Of a stretch of DNA of 54,597 bases, positions 48,112 to 54,597 are shown one piece after another. A program made the position numbers and the translations under genes. The DNA comes from Verrucomicrobiota bacterium. Its GTDB lineage: Bacteria; Verrucomicrobiota; Verrucomicrobiia; JABWAM01. Position 1 is the stretch's first letter. Every line of letters begins with the position of its first letter. The notes beneath the pieces were generated by a model. The model was not told where the DNA came from. It saw only the letters and a program-made list of their open reading frames with translations, and did not search any database. The DNA lies in assembly GCA_013288215.1 (NCBI GenBank), contig JABDCI010000008.1, positions 1 through 54,597 of the forward strand, in the 5' to 3' direction.

Positions 48112-50319
48112 ATGCCGTATAACCGTATTTTACCATCATGTATTTTTTTATTTGGTTTTAGCCTTTTATTTTTTTCACAAAGGAGTGTTGCCCAAACAAC
48201 CCAGAAACCGGCTGATGTTCCAGCCGATCCAGCTTCGGAAGAATTAAAAAAACCGATTCTTGAATCGGATTCAGATGCGACCCGCCTCAACACCATTGTT
48301 GTCGTGGGGAAATTAAATGAAGCCCGAAGCCACATTGCGCCGTCGTTGGGAGCCACTGTCTATAGCGTCAACTCCAATGACATTCTCTCCCAATCTCAAG
48401 GAGACAACGCTCCTCTCAATCATGTTCTTCTGCGGCTGCCCGGAGTCAGCCAAGATTCCGCAGCTTCGGGACTCATGCACGTTCGGGACGAACACGCCAA
48501 CGTTCAATATCGGATTAATGATGTGCTGATTCCAGAAGGCATCACGGGTTTCAGCACGGAACTGGACTCCCGTCTCATTGATAAAATGGACCTCATTACA
48601 GGAGCACTGCCTGCACAATATGGCTTTCGCACGGCAGGGATCGTCGACATCCATACCAAGGAGGGAGCTTTCAATGAAGGAGGGGACGCGAGCATGTACG
48701 GAGGGAGTTACGACACGTTACGGCCCAGCTTCGAATATGGCGGTCACCAAGGTAAGCTCAATTATTTTTACTCCGGAAGCTACCTTCAAAACAGTCTCGG
48801 GATAGAGAACCCCACAAGCCAGCCAGACGCCATTCACGATAACAGCAATCAATATCGAGGATTTAGTTATCTTTCTTATCTGATCGACGACACCAGTCGC
48901 GTCAGCCTGATTTTGAGCGGCGCCTATAATCACTTTCAGATTCCAAACAACCCTGGGCAAACAGAAGGAGCGGATCCAGCGGGAAATACGCTGGTGATCA
49001 ATGGTGTCCCTTCGTTCGATTCGAGTCAGCTCGACGAAAGGCAAAATGAACAAAATTATTATGCAGTTTTGGCATACCAGAAATCAGTCGGTGATCTTGA
49101 TTTCCAGGCCTCTCTGTTTTCCCACTATAGCGATGTTCTGTTTATGCCTGATGTGAATGGGGACTTATTTTTCAATGGGCTGGCAGGGAGGACCGAACGG
49201 AGTCTTCTTTCCAATGGAGCGCAACTTGATTCAAGCTATAAGCTGACCGAAAGCCATACTCTTCGGGGCGGCATTCTCTTGGATGCCGAGAACTCTCATG
49301 AACGAGACACCACGTGGGTGTTTCAGACGGACGCTGCCGGCGATCAAACGGGTTTCAATCCATTTAAAATTGAAGACTCCAGTTCTCATTCCGCTTATTT
49401 TTACGGGTTCTATCTTCAGGACGAATGGAAAATCACAGAGGCTTGGACCGTCAATGCTGGAGGCCGTCTGGATCTCTATCAAGGCATCGTTTCCCAAAGC
49501 CAGCTGAGTCCGCGGCTCAATAGCACCTATGAAATCGATAAAAACACGGCGATTCACGCCGGTTACGCCCGCTATTTTACACCCCCCCCGCTGGAAGCTG
49601 TTTCGGCAGGGAGCGTGCAAAAATTTGCCAACACCACCGGTGCTCCTGCTGGGACATTTCAAGATGATCCCGTCGTCTCCGAGCGAGCGCATTACTTTGA
49701 TGCAGGAATCTCTCACAAATTCCTTCCCGAATTTCAAACTGGGATTGATGCCTTCTATAAGACAGCTCGCAATCAGCTTGATGACGGCCAATTTGGGACA
49801 GCTCCAATCTTGACGGCCTTCAACTACCGGACTGGCGAGATTTATGGAAGTGAGGTTTCGGCGAACTATAGCAAGGACAAGTTCCAGGCTTTCGCCAACT
49901 TTGCATGGGATCATGCGACAGGCAGAGACATCAGTTCCGCTCAGTTTCGATTTGCTCAGGATGAACTTGATTTTATCCGAAGCAATGATGTGCATCTAGA
50001 TCACGACCAACGTTTCACGGGTTCATTTGGAACGTCTTATCAACTGAATGAAACCCGCCCCTATGCGGATTTGATTTATGGCAGTGGTCTGCGAAACGGT
50101 TTTGCGAATACTGGCCATCTTCCCGATTACAACACTCTTAACGTGGGTGTAGAACAGGGGTTCAAGTGGGCAGAACTCAAAAACCTCAAACTACGCTTTG
50201 ATATTATCAATGTTTGCGACAATATTTATGAACTTCGGGACGGCACTGGAATTGGAGTGGGAGCACCTCAATTTGGAGCTCGTAGAAGTTTTTATGGCGG
50301 CCTCACTTATTCGTTTTGA
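48112..50319 (+). CDS. TonB-dependent outer membrane receptor
   Basis: Signal peptide, TonB box TIVVVG, plug (LPGVSQDS, GALPAQYG), C-terminal YGGLTYSF. Confidence 0.92.
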   Translation: MPYNRILPSCIFLFGFSLLFFSQRSVAQTTQKPADVPADPASEELKKPILESDSDATRLNTIVVVGKLNEARSHIAPSLGATVYSVNSNDILSQSQGDNAPLNHVLLRLPGVSQDSAASGLMHVRDEHANVQYRINDVLIPEGITGFSTELDSRLIDKMDLITGALPAQYGFRTAGIVDIHTKEGAFNEGGDASMYGGSYDTLRPSFEYGGHQGKLNYFYSGSYLQNSLGIENPTSQPDAIHDNSNQYRGFSYLSYLIDDTSRVSLILSGAYNHFQIPNNPGQTEGADPAGNTLVINGVPSFDSSQLDERQNEQNYYAVLAYQKSVGDLDFQASLFSHYSDVLFMPDVNGDLFFNGLAGRTERSLLSNGAQLDSSYKLTESHTLRGGILLDAENSHERDTTWVFQTDAAGDQTGFNPFKIEDSSSHSAYFYGFYLQDEWKITEAWTVNAGGRLDLYQGIVSQSQLSPRLNSTYEIDKNTAIHAGYARYFTPPPLEAVSAGSVQKFANTTGAPAGTFQDDPVVSERAHYFDAGISHKFLPEFQTGIDAFYKTARNQLDDGQFGTAPILTAFNYRTGEIYGSEVSANYSKDKFQAFANFAWDHATGRDISSAQFRFAQDELDFIRSNDVHLDHDQRFTGSFGTSYQLNETRPYADLIYGSGLRNGFANTGHLPDYNTLNVGVEQGFKWAELKNLKLRFDIINVCDNIYELRDGTGIGVGAPQFGARRSFYGGLTYSF

Positions 50320-50331
50320 CAAAGGAACAAC

Positions 50332-50934
50332 ATGTTTCAGCTTTTTTTAAAAGGTGGCCCTATCATGTGGCCAATCCTTGTGCTGTCGATCGTGACGCTG
50401 GGGGTGGTTATTGAGCGGGCCCTTTTTCTTGTTCAGGAAATGCGATGCCAGGACCATGCAACCGTTCATCATATTTTTGAACTTGTCGAACACGGTAAAA
50501 TTGAGGACGCGGCTCAAGCAGGAAAAGGTTCGAAAGACAGGGTGGCGCGTATCCTGATACAGGGTTTGGAGCATCGACATAGCTCCCTCAATGATGCTCT
50601 CTTGGAAGCTTCGAGTCAGGAGTTAGAACGTCACAATCGCGGTCTCGTCACACTGGATACCGCGGTCACATTGGGGCCGCTCCTTGGGCTATTGGGAACC
50701 GTGACGGGCATGATTCGAGCCTTTGGTGTCATTGGAGGAAACGCGATCGCAGACAAGCAGCAAGCGATCACAGGCGGAGTGGCTGAAGCGTTGATTGCAG
50801 TAAGCTTTGGATTGGGTGTGGCGATCCTGGCGATTATCCCACTCAACTTTTTCACAGCCAGGCTTGAGAAGGTGCGCCGCCAACTTGAAGGCGCCATGAA
50901 CCGGCTCACCATTCTCCTGTCGAAAGGAGATTGA
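50332..50934 (+). CDS. exbB: MotA/TolQ/ExbB proton channel
   Basis: GGPIMWPI, GPLLGLLGTVTGMI, GGVAEALIA. Confidence 0.9.
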   Translation: MFQLFLKGGPIMWPILVLSIVTLGVVIERALFLVQEMRCQDHATVHHIFELVEHGKIEDAAQAGKGSKDRVARILIQGLEHRHSSLNDALLEASSQELERHNRGLVTLDTAVTLGPLLGLLGTVTGMIRAFGVIGGNAIADKQQAITGGVAEALIAVSFGLGVAILAIIPLNFFTARLEKVRRQLEGAMNRLTILLSKGD

Positions 50935-50936
50935 CC

Positions 50937-51347
50937 ATGCCATCACTCCCTTTGCCTCAATCACGGCGGCGGCCTCGTTTAGAAATCATTCCTTTTATCG
51001 ACATCATGTTTTTCCTCTTAGCCACTTTCATGATGGTTTCCCTTTCCATGGTGCGAAACGAAGGAGTTCCTGTCAGACTGCCGACCGCTACCACGAGTTC
51101 TCCCCAGGATCGGACTGAAATCGTGTCCATTACAGTCACTTCAACGGGGGATTTGTTTTACGATCAAGAGCCGGTGAACAGGGACATGTTAGCGTCGCGG
51201 TTGCGTTCATTGAAGGCATCCAAATCTGATCCTAAGATCTTTATCAACGGAGATGCCAAATCGTCTTTCGAAAATATTGTTTCGGTCCTCGATGAGGTTC
51301 GAAAAGCAGGGATCTCAAAAATCGCAATCGAAACAAAAAAGAAATAG
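50937..51347 (+). CDS. exbD: Biopolymer transport protein ExbD
   Basis: EIIPFIDIMFFLLATFM, INGD, VLDEVRKAG. SD AAGGAGA. Confidence 0.9.
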   Translation: MPSLPLPQSRRRPRLEIIPFIDIMFFLLATFMMVSLSMVRNEGVPVRLPTATTSSPQDRTEIVSITVTSTGDLFYDQEPVNRDMLASRLRSLKASKSDPKIFINGDAKSSFENIVSVLDEVRKAGISKIAIETKKK

Positions 51348-51355
51348 CGAGGCCC

Positions 51356-51943
51356 ATGAAGAGACAGGTTACAGGCCTTCTTCTTTCCATGTCGGTGCAT
51401 GCCGCCCTTTTTTGTTTCGCGGCTGCGTTCATCAAAAATTCGGAATACGGAGTTCAGGCCGGTTCGCCTCAAATCGAGGTGGATCTCGTTGCTGCTCCAG
51501 AACCCGCCGTCCAGGCCCTGCCGTCACCGGAGCCTCCGAAACCTGAAGAAATGCCCGCTCCCGAGCAGCCACCTGCTCCCCAGCCGCCGCCCATCCCGGT
51601 GCGTCATGAGGAAAGTACCTCTTCGAAGGGCAAAGACCAAGTGACGATGCAATCCCATGTGGGGGGAGCTATCGCCGCAAAACCGGATTATCTGCATAAT
51701 CCGGCTCCTGTCTATCCAGAGATTGCCCGTCAACATAGACAAGAAGGATTGGTTTTACTTGAGGTTGCAGTTACCGCAGAGGGGAAGCCGTCAGAAATTT
51801 CAATCAAGAAGAGTTCAGGCTATCGATTGCTGGATCAGGCCGCCCTCAATGCTGTTCGACGATGGAGCTTTCGGCCAGCAGAGATGGCTTCTATTCCCAT
51901 CAGCTCCAAAGTAGAAGTACCCATAGAGTTTCGATTGCAATAG
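51356..51943 (+). CDS. tonB: Energy transducer TonB
   Basis: TM with SxxxH, Pro-rich linker, PVYPEIAR, SSGYRLLDQAA, WSFRPA. Confidence 0.92.
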   Translation: MKRQVTGLLLSMSVHAALFCFAAAFIKNSEYGVQAGSPQIEVDLVAAPEPAVQALPSPEPPKPEEMPAPEQPPAPQPPPIPVRHEESTSSKGKDQVTMQSHVGGAIAAKPDYLHNPAPVYPEIARQHRQEGLVLLEVAVTAEGKPSEISIKKSSGYRLLDQAALNAVRRWSFRPAEMASIPISSKVEVPIEFRLQ

Positions 51944-52099
51944 AGGTTGAAAGCGACGTGCAAAATACAATTTGAAGATGACTCAAAACTCATAAAGTCT
52001 CACCCAAAAGAGCCTCGTTCGATGGAACAAGTGTTTGAGTTGTTGCGTAACGCGAAACTGAGACGTACGAAGCCGCGTGAAATGGTTCTTCAACTCCTC

Positions 52100-52210
52100 T
52101 TTTGCCCCTGTTTATGATGAAGAGTCCAGAGCCCTCGCTCGCTCGCTGGTAGCCCTTACGGTTGCGAGATCGAACCAAATCGCCTCCTGGTTAAGGGACG
52201 TGGACTCACT
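52100..52210 (+). repeat. att-like repeat copy J (long form, best conserved)
   Basis: TTTGCCCCTGTTTATGATGAAGAGTCCAGAGCCCTCGCTCGCTCGCTGGTAGCCCTTACGGTTGCGAGATCGAACCAAATCGCCTCCTGGTTAAGGGACGTGG. Confidence 0.92.
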
Positions 52211-52333
52211 CATACAGGCTCAAGTTGCAGTTTAATACCGCAAAGCTGCTACCCAAGAGGCAGTTTGATTCCATTTAAAAATTCCTGGACGCGCTACACG
52301 ATTCGTCGCGGCGGCACGAAGAGCTAAAAGCAG

Positions 52334-53440
52334 CTACGTCAGGCGTTTTTTGAATCTCGATACGCTCAACGTCATCACAGCCACCGCAATGAGAATCAGT
52401 GGAACCATCTGATCCCACAGGTCAAACGGCCCCAGACCTTTTAGGACAATGCCCCGAATGATTTTCAAAAAATAGGTCAGCGGAATCAACTGGCCGAGAT
52501 AGTAAATAGGCCATGGCATCGTCTCGCGCGGAAAGATAAAACCTGAAAGCAAAATCGATGGAGGCGCCAGCATCATGACGATCTGAGCCGCCTGCTGCTG
52601 GTTCTCGGCAATCGTGGATGCCAGCAAACCGATGCCGAGACAGACCAGCAGAAAGATGAAGGTCGCTATCATCAGGAACACAAAACTTCCCCGGATCGGA
52701 ACATGAAACAAACCCCAGGCCCCGGCAATGATCAGCACCGCGATGAAAAGCCCAATCAGAACATAAGGGACCATCTTCCCAAAGATCAGCTCGTAGGGAC
52801 GGATCGGGGTCACCAGAAGTTGTTCAACATTTCCACGCTCCTTTTCCCTCACGAGCGCCGTGGAGGTGATCATGGGAACGAGCAACTGCAGCAACAATCC
52901 CACCAGGCCCGGGATCATGAAAAACGAACTCTTCAGATCGGGGTTGTACCAAAGACGCGGACGGAAATCGATCGGCGAGACCACCAACTCTGCCAGGCGC
53001 TGGCTCTGGATGAACGATGCAACAATCGACTGGCTGGTGTTGAGCGCCGTATTGGCCGGGTTGGAATCGGTCCCATCGATCAGCATCTGCACTTTTGAAC
53101 CGCGATTGCCAAGGGCGTCCTTCGCAAAACCAGGGGGGATATGCAAGGCGGCTTTCACCCGGCCAAGATCAAGAGCTGCGCGAAGTTCCTTTTCAGAATG
53201 GACATTCAGGGTGACGTCGAAATAGGCCGATTGCACAAAGCTTTCCACGAGCTGGCGGCTGAGCGGCGACTGATCCTCGTCATAAACCGCCATACTGAGA
53301 TGCTTCACATCAGTATTGATGCCATAACCATAGAGGATCAGCTGAATCACTGGCATCAGGATGATCAGCGCGAGAGTCCGCCTGTCGCGCCGGACATGGA
53401 TGAACTCTTTCTGAACGACGGCTCTAAATCGATCGTTCAT
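52334..53440 (-). CDS. ABC-2 type exporter permease (YbhR/S-like)
   Basis: KEFIHVRRDRR, WYNPDL, REKERGNVEQLLVTP, LSGFIFP. Confidence 0.92.
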   Translation of the reverse strand: MNDRFRAVVQKEFIHVRRDRRTLALIILMPVIQLILYGYGINTDVKHLSMAVYDEDQSPLSRQLVESFVQSAYFDVTLNVHSEKELRAALDLGRVKAALHIPPGFAKDALGNRGSKVQMLIDGTDSNPANTALNTSQSIVASFIQSQRLAELVVSPIDFRPRLWYNPDLKSSFFMIPGLVGLLLQLLVPMITSTALVREKERGNVEQLLVTPIRPYELIFGKMVPYVLIGLFIAVLIIAGAWGLFHVPIRGSFVFLMIATFIFLLVCLGIGLLASTIAENQQQAAQIVMMLAPPSILLSGFIFPRETMPWPIYYLGQLIPLTYFLKIIRGIVLKGLGPFDLWDQMVPLILIAVAVMTLSVSRFKKRLT

Positions 53441-54356
53441 GGTCCTCCGTCAACGATGAAAAGACGTCCTCGAGCGACGCGCTGATGGGCTGCACCGAGA
53501 AAAGCGTGATGCCATGGGTTCGCGCGGCTTGCTCCAGGGAGGCCCGGGCGCGTTGCTCGTCATGAACATGGATGTGAAGCGCGGTGCCGTACGCGGTGAT
53601 CCCCCCCATCCCGGGAAGTCCACTGAAGACACGGGAGGCTTTCATCAAAGGCGCACATTGGACTTCCAGGAGCCGCCCGCTGAGTTGATCTTTAAGTTCC
53701 TTAGGATTGCCGATGGTGAGGAGTTTCCCCTGACTGATGACGGCGATCTGGTTGCAGCGTTCCGCTTCCTCCATGTAATGCGTGGTGACAAAGAGAGCGA
53801 CTCCTTCCTCCGCCGTCATGTACAGGAGCTCCCAGAGCGAACGCCGCGCCAGCGGATCGATGCCGGCCGTGGGTTCATCCAGGAAAAGAATGCGTGGCCG
53901 ATGAAGAATGGCGCTGGCCAGCGCCAGCCGTTGTTTGAGACCGCCTGAGAGTTCTCCAGCCAATCTACCGCGCCATGATTCAAGTCCCGTCAGATCCAAA
54001 ACCTCGGAAATCCGTTTGCGCAACTCAGCCCCAAGACGATAAATGCGGCCGTAGAAGGAAAGGTTCTCCTCAACCGTCAAATCCAGATAGAGGCTGAAGC
54101 GCTGGGACATGTAGCCGATCGATTCCTTGACTTTCTCAGCATCCTTGTTGATATCAAAACTCGCCACGCGCGCGCCACCATCAGTCGGCGCCAGAATGCC
54201 GGTGAGCATGCGAATGGTCGTGCTTTTGCCGGCGCCATTCGGTCCCAAAAAACCGAAGATTTCCCCGTAACAAAGTTTGAAACTGATATGATCGACCGCC
54301 AAGAGCTTGTCGAAGCTTCGCGTCAAACCCTGCGCTTCGATGGCGATCCGGTCCAT
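53424..54356 (-). CDS. ABC transporter ATP-binding protein (YbhF-like)
   Basis: GPNGAGKST, LSGGLKQR, LFLDEPTAGIDP, TTHYMEEAE. Confidence 0.95.
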   Translation of the reverse strand: MDRIAIEAQGLTRSFDKLLAVDHISFKLCYGEIFGFLGPNGAGKSTTIRMLTGILAPTDGGARVASFDINKDAEKVKESIGYMSQRFSLYLDLTVEENLSFYGRIYRLGAELRKRISEVLDLTGLESWRGRLAGELSGGLKQRLALASAILHRPRILFLDEPTAGIDPLARRSLWELLYMTAEEGVALFVTTHYMEEAERCNQIAVISQGKLLTIGNPKELKDQLSGRLLEVQCAPLMKASRVFSGLPGMGGITAYGTALHIHVHDEQRARASLEQAARTHGITLFSVQPISASLEDVFSSLTEDHERSI

Positions 54357-54357
54357 T

Positions 54358-54597
54358 TTATTTACTGTCAAAAGTGAGCGTCACATCCGCCGACACGCCG
54401 GGACGCAGATACGCCGGGGGGTCCTGGAGCCGCACTTTGACGGCGAAGGTCTGGGTCATCCGTTCCTCCGGCGTCTGGACATTACGCGGGGTGAACTCGG
54501 CCTTGACCGCAATGAAACTTACGCGTCCTTTGAAGGACTGGGGCAAACCATCAAAATGGACGAGCGCTGGTTGATCCATGTGGACTCGATTGATCAA
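54358..54597 (-). CDS. HlyD-family membrane fusion protein (YbhG-like), 5' part outside the window
   Basis: GRVSFIAVKAEFTPRNVQTPEER...LRPGVSADV. Confidence 0.88.
   Translation of the reverse strand: MINRVHMDQPALVHFDGLPQSFKGRVSFIAVKAEFTPRNVQTPEERMTQTFAVKVRLQDPPAYLRPGVSADVTLTFDSK

Noticed and set aside
32542-52210. CRISPR array or classical integron attC interpretation of the repeats
   Set aside because: Spacing is 0.3-5 kb and contains whole genes, the copies are degenerate, there are no cas or intI genes, and there are no attC R-box ends or long palindrome.

Overview
This is a bacterial chromosomal window. Gene content and style suggest Verrucomicrobiota (inference). The left ~25 kb is largely housekeeping: a CNNM/hemolysin-family gene running off the left edge, the SRP (4.5S) RNA gene, uvrC, murJ, a frameshifted SulP transporter, two SPINDLY-like TPR/GT41 glycosyltransferases around a class IV aminotransferase, ruvC, trpG/pabA, pyrR-pyrB with a PyrR-binding hairpin over the pyrR ribosome-binding site, USP, AI-2E, thpR, an archaeal-type DNA topoisomerase VI pair (top6B-top6A) and ppk2. 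From ~25.3 kb the region becomes accessory and contains gene remnants. It includes an MNIO (DUF692)/DUF2063 RiPP cluster whose secreted precursor has 9 Cys in hexapeptide repeats. From ~32.5 kb to 52.2 kb, about ten same-orientation degenerate copies of a 60-110 bp intergenic element sit between self-contained cargo modules: methyltransferase, DUF347, two-component sets, MBOAT/SGNH, a CxxC/RAPP-leader TonB system and an ABC exporter. The core of the element reads as a tRNA 3' end on the minus strand (CCGTAAGGGCTACCA). The arrangement looks like an integron-like cassette array or a stack of att junctions, with no recombinase inside the window. All calls come from motif recognition by eye; no database searches were run.
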